Shown here: positions 38,401 through 43,710 of the stretch, piece after piece
How the letters are laid out: every line of letters begins with the position of its first letter
How positions within the stretch are numbered: the stretch's first letter is position 1
Source of the DNA: Candidatus Omnitrophota bacterium
GTDB lineage: Bacteria; Omnitrophota; Gorgyraeia; Duberdicusellales; 4484-171
Assembly: GCA_037146775.1 (NCBI GenBank)
Contig: JBAWWL010000009.1
Location: 4,575 to 68,574 of the forward strand
Direction of reading: 5' to 3'
DNA length: 64,000 bases
Notes under the pieces: model-generated
Told to the model about the DNA's origin: nothing
What the model saw: only the letters and a program-made list of their open reading frames with translations
Database searches by the model: none
Made by a program: the position numbers and the translations under genes

Positions 38401-41400
38401 AACCCATCTTCTTCTCTATAACAGCCTCTTCTTTTTTTTCTACCGCCGATGACACCGCTGGCCTATCTACTTTCACGTCAATACTACCCTGTTTATTTTC
38501 TGGCATAGTCAACGGCGATGCGGCAGTACCCGGTTTAACATCACCCTTTTTATCAAGAGCAACATTTTGAGGAGACCCTACCTTGGAAGTAACTACATTG
38601 GTGACAGTTGATCCTTCTACTCTTTGACTTGTTTGCTGTAAAATATTAGGAGTAGAATCAATTCCCCCGCCAGGAGGAGTTACGCCAAGATAAGGGCTAT
38701 AGGCATTATATTCGAGAGCAAAAAGCTCTGATTCAGCATAGTGAGCTTGCGGCGAATAGTCAGATCCGATAGTATTACCAAATATATCAACCTGATCAAA
38801 ATTTCCTCTAAGAAAAGCTTTGAAAACCTCAGGGCTCATATTGCGTAATGTATCAATTGCAAGCTGTATTTCTTCGGGAATTCCTGAAGAAAATTCTATA
38901 TAAGTTCCGCCATTTGAATTAATCACTCTAAACACGCCTTCGTCATAAGACCACACCTCAAAAGCGTAAGCGACCATCGCCAAGATATCCAATAAATTCG
39001 ATACATCGGATGCTTGCTTACGAATCGTAGCCTTGCTAATTGTGTCGGGATCAAAAGAAAAGAGCGGATTGGAATTTTGCTGCCCAACAATAGTTCCGTA
39101 ACGGCTAGTGGCAGTATATCCTTCTTTCCAAAGTATTCTTAGCAAAGCAAGATTACGTAGCACCATTTCTTTCAACAATCTTCTGCGGTCAGATGAAGAA
39201 CCAATATCAAGGCCTTGATATTGGAAGAATTCACGGTAACGATATGCCTCTTTTTTCCATTGTCTTTTTCTCCCGCGCCGGTATTCTGGATCAAGACTTA
39301 ACTCTTCAATTCTTTCGGGTATGCCGATTTGATATAGCAAAATTTCCATCTCGTTAACAAGATTATCGGGTATTCCTGATCCTTTAAGAACTTTATCAGC
39401 TTCCACGAGACAAAGTTCTCGATCAACAGTAAGCCCCTCCGCTACACCAGGCCATAATCCTTCTGTTTCTTTTCTTCCCACGAGCGCCACCGGAAGCATA
39501 AGCGGTTGAAATTGCGCTCCAGGTTCCAAAAACATCTCAGCGGCTTCCCGGCTTAAGCCTTGATTTTTTAATTCAGCAAATACCGGGTCATCACCGTCAA
39601 AATATTCGTAGAACTTACTTCTCAACCACCCAGCTGCCCCCACATAAGCCAAATTCTCCTGGATTAAATTACCTCCACGCAGCACGCTCGGAGGATTGCC
39701 CTTGCGGAAAGGCGCTCTGATTCCCATACCTCTGGCAAATTCTTGTTCATCAGCCAACCCTGTACCTTTGAAAACAAACGCACAAGGCTTGCCGTTTCTT
39801 GTAAACTTTGTTGCTATAGCGCGATTATGCATAATATTTCTACTGGGCGCGCATCTGACAGGAATAAGATAAATATTGGCATCGTTGCTATCAACACCAT
39901 AGACATTAAGAATTTCTCTGGCAGTGGCCGACAAACTCCTAACTGGTAAAATGAACCTGCGGCTGATTGCGTCGCGGATAAATTCTTGGCTACTGAAAGA
40001 AGACATTTTAGCCGGCACATAGGTAACGGCCTCTCCGGGAAATGCCTCTTGTAATTGGTTGTTATCGTTATGCAGTTCCCCTAAAGCTCGATAAAGCTCG
40101 CGGGCTATCTCTTTAGGCCTTTGGCCTTGTTTAAATTTACCAAGCGCAAAGTCGCCTAGCGCCGAGGAATTGCGATAGAACTGGCCTATCTCCATAAGTT
40201 CGTTAATCGGCACGCCAGCATCTACCATCGCACTGAAACCTTCGGGAGATAATTCATAGGCTTCAACTGCGGACTCTAAAATATCGCTATCATAAATATT
40301 TCGTTGAAATGCAATTTCACAGATATTGACTATCGCATCATGAGTGGCAATAGTACGCCTGCCTACGATACCATTACGCTTCAACGCCTCGTGTAACCGG
40401 ATAACCGCTGCTTCAAAATCGTTGAAACCAATCACCACCCTAGAGTTAGTAGATATACGATTCCTGATCGCGGCTTGAATCAAACCAAAAAAGAACCCGT
40501 CGGAGTACCGTTCATCAATAACTCTTCTGGTGCGTTCAGTAATTTCTATGGTATCAATTCCTTCTGTGCGGCTAAGTTCTTCCAACCACACACCAGCCAC
40601 AATATATGCTCGGTATCGTTCCCTCACGGGAATACTCAAGAAATCTTGAGAAAATCTTGCAAATCTCTTTTGTAGCTGATCTTTGGCTAAACGTATTCTT
40701 TCTTCCTGTTGAACTCTTTCCTCGTGCGCTCGTTTTTTCTTACCCCCGGTTAATCGATCAAACAAGCTAGAGAGAAAAGACTCTGGTTTTACTTCATCTG
40801 CGCTCAAAGGAGAAGAAATACTCTTACCGTCTGATAGATTTTCAACCTTCTCTTCAAAACCATCCACGCCCGTCTCCAGCATCACCTCTAAGTTAAAGCT
40901 CTTGCCTCGGTTGGAAGAGATTACTCGGCTGGGGTCATTGGTGATGGTAAGAGCGCTAGAAGCTTTAGTAAAGTCACAGCCTCCGGAGTAGTAGCGGCGG
41001 TTGATGTTCTGCTGGGTATTGGTATCGAATTCGTCTTTGATGTAGTTGTAGACGCCTTGTCTGTAGGCAGAGAGGTATTGTTTGTAGATCTTCTCTTTGA
41101 TTTGTTTATCGGGGGTATCGATACCTTTAGTCTTTTTCCGGTTAACATAGATCTGACCGACTAAGCTTTCTTTGAGCTGCTTTTTAAACCATACGGAAAG
41201 AATTAAAGAGTTGTAGACCTGCCGTAAAGGAGCGAAGTTTTTGCCTTGATTGACTTCTTTTTCGATCTCAGGCAGGATGAGTTCTTTTAAGACTTCAGAG
41301 GAAACCTTGTTTAAGGCTTTTACTTTGTCTTCTTTGATCTTGGAGGTGCTATATTCCTGGTTATTGAGGTTGTTTTTGAGTGCCAGGTAGTCTTCTTCCA

Positions 41401-42052
41401 GCATGACTTTGAGCTTACTCTCTACCACAAAGGCGCTTGAATCTTCCTGATAGACCACCGCTTTATCCGGGACAATCCAGATCTTGTTGAAGGTATTAAT
41501 CGGTAGTTCAGTGGTACCATAGAGCTGGTAGACTTTCTTGTATACCTTCTCCCAGAACTGTTTACCTAGAGGACTCTCCGGATAAGTGATAGAAGCCATT
41601 AATTGTTTTAAGATGTAGTCTTCGGCAAGTAGGTCTTTACCCAGCTCCGTAATACCCAGTTCCTGGGGGATGACTCGTTCTTTTTCATAGGGTGAGAGGT
41701 TAACCCAGAGGTCTTCTTCCGGTATGGTTAAAGAGGCCAAGAAGTGCTTGATCAGTTTCTCTGAACTCTGTTTTAGTTCTTTTTGGCTAGAAGTACTGTC
41801 TCCGCTATCTAAGATAAAGTCAAACTTGAAAGGCTCATCAGGATAGACCTTGATTCCTTTTAAGACCAGAGGGTTAAAAGCCGGGCTTACTTCCAAAAGC
41901 TGGGTGGGTGCAGGAAGAAAAGAAGCGTAGGTTTTGGGGATAGCCTTATCGATATAACCGGCTAAAGCAGTGATAAAGATCGCTGCTGCCACAAACAGAG
42001 CCACTGCCTTGAAGGGAATACTGGCGCGTTTTTGGTTAATATAGATTATCAT
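23456..42052 (-). CDS. Giant modular multi-enzyme protein 1 (6198 aa) with an N-terminal signal/TM segment and a C-terminal GGIDFNP motif
   Basis: ORF track; hydrophobic N-terminus after KR; many recognisable catalytic motifs separated by SS(A/P) linkers. Confidence 0.95.
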   Translation of the reverse strand: MIIYINQKRASIPFKAVALFVAAAIFITALAGYIDKAIPKTYASFLPAPTQLLEVSPAFNPLVLKGIKVYPDEPFKFDFILDSGDSTSSQKELKQSSEKLIKHFLASLTIPEEDLWVNLSPYEKERVIPQELGITELGKDLLAEDYILKQLMASITYPESPLGKQFWEKVYKKVYQLYGTTELPINTFNKIWIVPDKAVVYQEDSSAFVVESKLKVMLEEDYLALKNNLNNQEYSTSKIKEDKVKALNKVSSEVLKELILPEIEKEVNQGKNFAPLRQVYNSLILSVWFKKQLKESLVGQIYVNRKKTKGIDTPDKQIKEKIYKQYLSAYRQGVYNYIKDEFDTNTQQNINRRYYSGGCDFTKASSALTITNDPSRVISSNRGKSFNLEVMLETGVDGFEEKVENLSDGKSISSPLSADEVKPESFLSSLFDRLTGGKKKRAHEERVQQEERIRLAKDQLQKRFARFSQDFLSIPVRERYRAYIVAGVWLEELSRTEGIDTIEITERTRRVIDERYSDGFFFGLIQAAIRNRISTNSRVVIGFNDFEAAVIRLHEALKRNGIVGRRTIATHDAIVNICEIAFQRNIYDSDILESAVEAYELSPEGFSAMVDAGVPINELMEIGQFYRNSSALGDFALGKFKQGQRPKEIARELYRALGELHNDNNQLQEAFPGEAVTYVPAKMSSFSSQEFIRDAISRRFILPVRSLSATAREILNVYGVDSNDANIYLIPVRCAPSRNIMHNRAIATKFTRNGKPCAFVFKGTGLADEQEFARGMGIRAPFRKGNPPSVLRGGNLIQENLAYVGAAGWLRSKFYEYFDGDDPVFAELKNQGLSREAAEMFLEPGAQFQPLMLPVALVGRKETEGLWPGVAEGLTVDRELCLVEADKVLKGSGIPDNLVNEMEILLYQIGIPERIEELSLDPEYRRGRKRQWKKEAYRYREFFQYQGLDIGSSSDRRRLLKEMVLRNLALLRILWKEGYTATSRYGTIVGQQNSNPLFSFDPDTISKATIRKQASDVSNLLDILAMVAYAFEVWSYDEGVFRVINSNGGTYIEFSSGIPEEIQLAIDTLRNMSPEVFKAFLRGNFDQVDIFGNTIGSDYSPQAHYAESELFALEYNAYSPYLGVTPPGGGIDSTPNILQQTSQRVEGSTVTNVVTSKVGSPQNVALDKKGDVKPGTAASPLTMPENKQGSIDVKVDRPAVSSAVEKKEEAVIEKKMGSEVRESLQTRSTVSERLEEYFSERYAAAYTYISREQFAEWHRRLEGRFQAVTQAAERLHFSPLPHAIGIDTDYISTSPGALEEHVKSVTIELGDGIKVSLPRLPESAEYVGNERLWIVLVTPEAVRALSDQALTFLIAHEVGHRFYGPSTPEIELQVDRVATDIVVSIYGWNAPVAAVNELQKAFPLSETATNTHPSGQQKIDAVAAYVGQRKAQDAERKEGETKSVVSSAVTTDANQDESINRFFDMYMEGVVAGESLSSRRLGVHVSRYPNLTTRLISALASESRTDVQLRLLAAVNNALSNSREVKLSAQEAETLVIKPLCDGNVEAAHRDLYFHVLQYALVNNPDVLSGTMKVLETIKDRDLGYKLAWEVIGEALARNHELLSEVLNALDNLRDGSNKQFISFLEFIFIKGFDRSHITITSEQTQAFDKAITRGIDLSHAYSRAIAHNPELFDLVFEKFRAVHDQTVQGTVSSPTEAAYADVLNLSLVHNTRIKPSAAQIVYLLKAAHRTQDDKVRQSVLSGALGAIRNNNYDVTLLMDETGPLVFAINEVRTGETFNFLVAALEDLISRSPQAFTLADTQVFVDMLNETTVHQRERREALVRVLQKAFSHNPGLLTVLCGEKGLSYDHDLAGVLEDAPAGDLTLIPLLVNARKTREPSRDDYDPLLTAIGRALHDNPAQLPFVVNAIRDTSGNPVCRRLAYLVPRFLEAHENLSLTREQLHTVVQAVKYSASRDNLFNERMVIHEIAGGNLAMARVAFDNELVELLVRRNEEVPSNQRIDIERFLRQIAGSFTMLLQIDREYAIGAFKEILRVAGPQGLDAFFTRLDNLLCFPGYDALVEKLIKKAAYGSSWSLLMVFLDDEYAVEGYWRMAEDINDGMLAPYLGESPILHARCLLMRGAYEELRQLVARGEVSPDQILEAFLWNKQNNIISQTSDMAQSFAGERGVLAEMTPIAQKITLPTCTFTELHNTLLDAGVVTSEAGTMALLNAQGGFRLYAHRGQRLIVPVIFDNMNNVFRGSSEHDNAEANYVTHALSTAIVHYALRGGEIKDSHGAKAFHEFDLLFLELIGHKYRAVDTAVTLAFCYVNSPEADRANRDNAVPLPECARKRTQRIDQDTIANSVQKVMVWELAEKRAKQNIYKILQWIAQGRLSKSAIAQARAALEREVNNLRPNDEGGICGLRPAYFQTLFGYLDAQFLDRFQARLEADYQPGQDNQGLLQGLLAEVLVDREVVKATAYNATPIKMMAHPWIGRKITLFDYLKAEVGYLDRDPTTYVYSEHDVSTVKLEDFGQVSPSAAELAVANAQETVKPEQQAIAAINNSGLSQEYKDELSRRILLDGDTRVMQLLVQVAPQLAPIATPRGGGNLLDHTLYTMNSVYEDRTIDAMSLRDSSGAAIPIKRLMVIAALLHDIGKALIRSHSEHEQASVRYIRETLSSQFSEFEINLICYLVGEDIVGRTISKAISPAEADGLLTAGVVSLGIPKGQLFELAISFYCADIGLGRFGRHVFGVGEERRINFWQGRPIIPEGKYSQLDELKKLVVGPDGSASSPAAKQAEDITVKSTASSAIASQGMKKFVADNRNNPLTLPITLVALGAKPSYLLDDSSPANAQQARQLLAHLPGGNVQEIEVTLQESDGHASQKLLFYNPQAIKTEISNHPEVYRVQDGDIITTIKKAFIDSQQGWLLGYPQAQIPAAKIEYTDSPTENWSYVEIWADGQYLFGYVVSRLPLVEMETASLTRYTQPLSELGVKKVAVIYTRSFNNQEQAQIKQFLGRSLAGRVVISSYSENLPAEKIWWLGEGKYIRITEEMLAPAAFPETIRTILARDRQRLSERLEILQADLTKGEDPGLKEEILRREINQISQELAGLERKIGEVRVSSAVSSPLNQEIPSKSIEELRREKSTYQLATIAIREDGARAQEALQAIENLLQDGYIDGVSDLKNIARNKPGLINEGTVGILEVILRKPNVTPQAISFVCETLSVIVTSGVESVVSRKATKVLLDALNTAALDRTSYDSEEIASQVYSQVARTLTEIAIYSNNTNLIDMCFDTFERVLNENRLEAHSYSIATNALLRIVRKKSDRARASTIEAFERNLNASDRGITTHSYSLRAIVDLSQERSDLIARSTVDAVKLHSEKNGDAMRALAAIGGNQYTGQYADECIDEILRVLNIEGDFTVVPVVVAAAVAAQEFARKRSGLFASPTRRQALEHAAASRQRPAAFFGEIAGVYNVLFSQHPDWAEPATVATLEGIMKRDDLANDDYATAVAALTAIRNYNRQMIKTDSLAELLLQLPFRFYGHTFIHHIVYQSQGFKTRTSHMEDEERYEVGLAVYYHLRASGIIPEEASEAEIVQAFDFIIAGRRVVQETLPDDRQSQNELYSSRRTAVNIFHEEMRAEQTRYEALQTSSDMSSGQIHSYVGGSTVPATADVITDVKDAIITHKGPLTITFSGHANREGFALSPSQIISVEELAVWLIERGNLNNVNIVFDACYAHDFVDNLNRTLHNLGVSVDITTLAIAHKNKQAVGGSLRSIERYHSAGQPFTIGQAMRAMRRSDVFIHQVANIFCPRWRLIEAGVQDPFEKRTAADESYRQLPVNVGLTGQPGQVSTGDMEVLASPADTILKETNGVNPIAFSILGSTTFDLSEQTIGIAGTTITVKPVGPRTINGLVRPADNGAMLLVNTQAFSEMLFVLNHGTRSERENYINKLFSTIPNLTGDQRVSLGRIKAHFNQAPPLSREEQNVLVSHILIHEFTECYALRTGNTRIHAHTAAMMAEAEFTQRQESAGFNVQAVRDAFAPIALLRDIRQANTYSYRYPTLQVGQETQPATASSSLQIKDSLVSSPKEDSAIASSPLAQPSRDIAAVVNIYQIMDEYLRVYEENAERVVRNDQFKQETGLDIAAMVRKFLPSSTGKPVSGKETSSVSAEQQSREELDRARARISTLKALMAEDSSPDRLGVFVRALSMVEGGAKITGKNIPAAQLPRDDQVFALHAIKAEAAQNESLQRVFNEEGVLFIPQNSWLTKLLGLRRESGMNIRLSDGNAHIDVILVNDRIVGVPNITKLIIHEIIHTNFTEGVLTVFAKSRQLWAFYHLLLEAVTEELARDVMLRIALRNKELREILGVGAEQVSEDLAEAMLNSAIYGTAEAKVAAAAGKIRNVYRNERVLLHALMKLYENWSDGYEQVVKRFLVQGDESPMKTLFADSWDLAIRIAVELLTIPERDAPYEHQQALRMFAAGINPGQISRLLPIVLKLMRLVKQTDIVPKSKKAEELSEQLTACLYEAARNVFKDFSKNEEFVLDRDGESLIEALIKSAKEVISQRTRLESTDFEVRLYGVDDAFRRSLANESGHDFASSPLEENSLSFNERGMPMNVSTERARVYHGVRGASRVGGDAIDKVKSIIRQKAIMSLKRVDLIDSQDSGIRKLMVFFYEGILRSMRPADLITLEQSNFDLRNYILLNKTSIEANTDPRARHLLGDASLTRMETYGMLNIDDVLRNYCIWVFESEQAVQGYYGREAYFEFDIPQSEFRDQRIIIGEIPLEYARRLVISDGARKEELKELLRGQGLGRIEVVVSPGFASSALTDNSAKLEETPQSKKAPSFVASSAVDSSLSQTPGLDKDFSVGTAGTLLGNDGQVKEARIAELVAHLKSLQSRPTSGTKTYLEQFSLTPTPIENSLLANRTIIQLAPDLKADGISRYAIKLIGMLAARNPGLTQVVFYPDSNKTQETKTLEIGTSKILFIPFAIEEGHELDDLENKISAYVAQDSNVELVVSHLQEYHYGVSDIVTKRNLPFLAYLHNATGFNSSEVWDAAEKYLQPYIFEKLVNNPLVRILTVNPASPEDIRQRFPNARVDWIGPLFEDNNFNSLTDLEREAVSRYLREQYFMRDDDVFILVPNSLDSRKGLPEILDALEGLQFEHFRSKKEFLSGVKVLFVGLGSEQRIHDIEQEIRRRDLTGIAYVAGAVPQEMLRFLYGRANGVLLYSRREGFALVPLEAASMGVPVIGSDIPGVRESIVDRESGLLVPWYADFEQRADALKDGLSRFMSLAPQDRLAWGRRATQHVEQFKPEEWIGRHEETYSETIQDFRQMAETTESAVSSPLAQVELSKKSNDISQSASSAVTATSSQDIFYKNVEDFLSSKKVRLEQIQSILRAMQANPRADFIDMPDIQDAYSLRLPAGYRERALPSGPYLGFVASLLNLKGDEKILHVGTGSGWMVAVLADLLNGGKNSGNGKIYTVEIDPAISRDRQALISPKYQNVEFIRGDAFSELDGIDGIKFDRIIVDGSLPGGISKSLFNRLSQGSGMMVVPVSTGNFSRQPTYAVYRVVRFGPRVFYNSFTQPGWNFEDLRAIPGDILPPEKLETVSSSVISEKTSLTDKSIVSSPIFNRETVEVSFFAQDAAEKVIEAFRDGRVVVLNLKTADAPDLNSANKEIKRTWFKKVKARIENFVHELPWLRPSGNIFGRDIRHPLREMLKNAFFWGNHFNLSLPIGLSIELNDSGKCSKVEVYDTNVVPKPLMVDVSLAHEKDIDLAGATTGTTVIQNIVRYQIFIGKVIDETIQGFKTLAVITPKESAVKKPAEHNTVGDKGTQASSVLSLMEPAKEAFHEEKVSSALNIENDPVAKIFDLRLSQPISRETEWTRIVTPAEALDFHQKWQSSSQGYYAQDYQGKTYNFPLKAWEKMVAWSGRSPDFERKGYFIARSQGDIIEIVDFIPVGSIVMSPRIDNYDKDDSDIEQVNTSGIGTFFPGGERGQILMQRYGINLVDQEILSFESVARGKPGLISMPYHSHFKGSKYPEGPSKLDRKSSKGVDFVYALDSGRGFIFDKNSPSQEVLQNLRSVATQTIGGDVGEETTKDNKTGGIDPSTLLRVNSSESKPGGIDFNPKYLELEVKGSSVKFGRFNIPFDIKKFEGFSFRIINIKAIHNLSSILKTYPVNRDEAQTQSDKVDLALVSHEKYIARKKEDRFESNLYK
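23459..23800 (-). other. C-terminal tail domain with a duplicated GGID motif (GGIDP...PGGIDFNP)
   Basis: KTGGIDPS...KPGGIDFNPKYLELEV in the translation. Confidence 0.6.
23880..24350 (-). other. JAB1/MPN (JAMM) metalloprotease-like domain
   Basis: ERKGYFI...YHSHFKGSKYPEGPSKLD fits E-x(n)-H-x-H-x(7)-S-x(2)-D with slightly longer spacing. Confidence 0.7.
24680..25100 (-). other. HATPase_c / RsbW-like domain (possibly degenerate)
   Basis: LREMLKNAFFWGN (N-box), VEVYDTN (D-box), GATTGTTVI (G-box-like). Confidence 0.55.
25330..25930 (-). other. Protein-L-isoaspartate O-methyltransferase-like SAM-dependent domain
   Basis: KILHVGTGSGWMVAVLA...IYTVEIDP...FDRIIV...MMVVPV. Confidence 0.82.
26130..27340 (-). 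other. GT-B glycosyltransferase family 4 domain
   Basis: RKGLPEILDA...SRREGFALVPLEAASMGVPVIGSDIPGVRE...GLLVP. Confidence 0.88.
27690..28260 (-). other. ADP-ribosyltransferase-like domain (tentative)
   Basis: VYHGV...WVFESEQAVQGYYG...FEFDIP...IIGEIPLEY resembles the H-Y-[E] ART fold pattern. Confidence 0.4.
29070..29200 (-). other. Gluzincin-like metallopeptidase motif
   Basis: LIIHEIIH...LLEAVTEELA (HExxH plus downstream E). Confidence 0.6.
30700..31200 (-). other. Clan CD (caspase/legumain/CHAT-like) cysteine peptidase domain
   Basis: LTITFSGHA (~31025-31045) and NIVFDACYA (~30903-30925): each residue of the His-Cys dyad follows a hydrophobic strand, about 39 aa apart. Confidence 0.65.
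33890..34290 (-). other. HD phosphohydrolase domain
   Basis: LLDHTL...AALLHDIGK...HEQAS...CAD. Confidence 0.8.
37790..38070 (-). other. M48 (HtpX/Ste24-like) zinc metallopeptidase domain
   Basis: LIAHEVGH...ELQVD...THPSGQQKI. Confidence 0.8.
40868..42052 (-). repeat. Direct repeat copy A: shared N-terminal domain
   Basis: Nearly identical to 22272-23456. Confidence 0.95.
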
Positions 42053-42678
42053 TTACTGATATAAATACATAATATATAGAAAAAAATAAGAGTAGATTCT
42101 ATAACTGTGCCCATAATTTAAAATATATATAATATATTTAGAAGATATACCATATAGTGATACCATTTTTTTGTTTTTTAAGACCATAGAATTTGCCCAA
42201 AAATAAGGATTTTTTGTAAACGATTACAAACTCTTATTTCGCAGTAAACGTAAAGACTTCCGTATTTTTATGTATCTAAAAAATGGGAAAAAATTGTAAG
42301 AGTGATTTTAGAAAATACTCGATGGCGTTTTTTTGCCCAAAAAGCTCTAAATACCGGCGATAATGGCTGCAATTTGAACGCACAGGAAAGAAAAGGGTAT
42401 TTTTTAGCGGAATAAAAACCATAAATTATGAATGGCTAAAAACTTCAAGAAAAGTTACGTAAAGAGAAGCGGGTTTTTCCTAAAAAAAGCGGAGATATCC
42501 TGAAAAAAATATACCGAGATATAACATGAAAGCAGTTTATAACTATATATAGATTAAGCAGTTACGAGATGTATTGTCCGCTATATGTAATACGCATTTT
42601 ATACGGTATAAAGAATCCTACGTATTACGGCTTTGACAGAAACTAAATGAGGCATGTAAGCGATGTTGGGTAAGAAAA

Positions 42679-43710
42679 TCAGAAAAGCTTATCTGAGGCT
42701 TCTTTGGGGTAGGATATTTGTAAATGCTGGTAGGACAACTCTGCGGCGACTCTACCTCTAGGGGTACGGATGATAAATCCCTTTTTTAAAAGATACGGCT
42801 CTACCACATCTTCAAGCGTTCCTCTGTCTTCACCCAGTGATGCCGCAATAGCTTCAATACCGGCAGGACCACCCTGGTATAATTCGATGATCGCCTTAAG
42901 ATACTTCCTATCCAATTCATCTAAACCATTCTCGTCAATACGTATTTGGATTAGGGCTTTGCGGGTAATTTCAAGGTTAACAACACCGTCAGCGATCACC
43001 TGTGCATAATCCCTCACTCGTTTCAGCAGGCGGTTACAAAGCCTTGGCGAACCGCGGGAACGCAAGGCAATTTCCGCACAACTATCTTTATCGACAACAA
43101 TGCCCAAAAGCTCCGCGCTTCGTTGCACCACAAGCGATAGCTCTTCGGGCGCGTAAAAATCAAAGTCAAAAAAAAGGCCAAAACGGCCGCGCAAGGGGCC
43201 GCTCAATAACCCCTTTCGGGTGGTAGCGCCTATAAGCGTAAAAGGTTTAAGATTAAATTTTACGCTCTTTGCGTACGGCCCTTTATCGATTATAAAATCT
43301 ATCTGAAAGTTTTCCATGGCCGGATAAAGAAATTCTTCTACAATCTTGGAGAGCCGATGTATTTCGTCAATAAAAAGAACGTCTCCTTTTTCCAAATTGG
43401 TAAGAATGCCGACCAAATCCCCGGCCCGCTCAATCGCCGGACCGCTGGTTGACGTAAGTTTACCGCCCATTTCTTTGGCAATGCAATACGCAAGACTTGT
43501 TTTTCCTAAACCCGGAGGGCCTGACAGAAGTACATGCTCAAGCGGCTCGTCTCTTTTCTTTGCCGCAGAAATAGCAATTTCCAGAGAAGAAATAACGTTT
43601 CGCTGGCCGATGAAGTCTTTAAGACTACGGGGCCGCAGAGAAAGGTTAATAACCTTTTCCTCTTCGTTTTCCTTGAAATAGTCTACCAGTCTTTCTTCTT
43701 CTTGGCTCAT
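42679..43710 (-). CDS. ruvB: Holliday junction branch migration helicase RuvB
   Basis: LRP..L..FIGQ, GPPGLGKT, LFIDEIHRL, RTPRGR. Start placed at MSQEEE (ATGA overlap with scpA). Confidence 0.97.
   Translation of the reverse strand: MSQEEERLVDYFKENEEEKVINLSLRPRSLKDFIGQRNVISSLEIAISAAKKRDEPLEHVLLSGPPGLGKTSLAYCIAKEMGGKLTSTSGPAIERAGDLVGILTNLEKGDVLFIDEIHRLSKIVEEFLYPAMENFQIDFIIDKGPYAKSVKFNLKPFTLIGATTRKGLLSGPLRGRFGLFFDFDFYAPEELSLVVQRSAELLGIVVDKDSCAEIALRSRGSPRLCNRLLKRVRDYAQVIADGVVNLEITRKALIQIRIDENGLDELDRKYLKAIIELYQGGPAGIEAIAASLGEDRGTLEDVVEPYLLKKGFIIRTPRGRVAAELSYQHLQISYPKEASDKLF

Noticed and set aside
23583-41148. Short ORFs overlapping the 6198-aa gene
   Set aside because: Shadow ORFs without coding signatures.
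1-42052. NRPS/PKS, RTX or RHS identity for the giant genes, or an alternative genetic code
   Set aside because: No A/C/KS/PCP motifs, GGxGxD or YD repeats were seen. The ORFs are open under the standard code and housekeeping genes end in TGA/TAA/TAG normally.
42633-42662. TTGACA on the plus strand downstream of ruvB as a promoter
   Set aside because: No acceptable -10 box at 16-18 bp and no plus-strand gene to drive.
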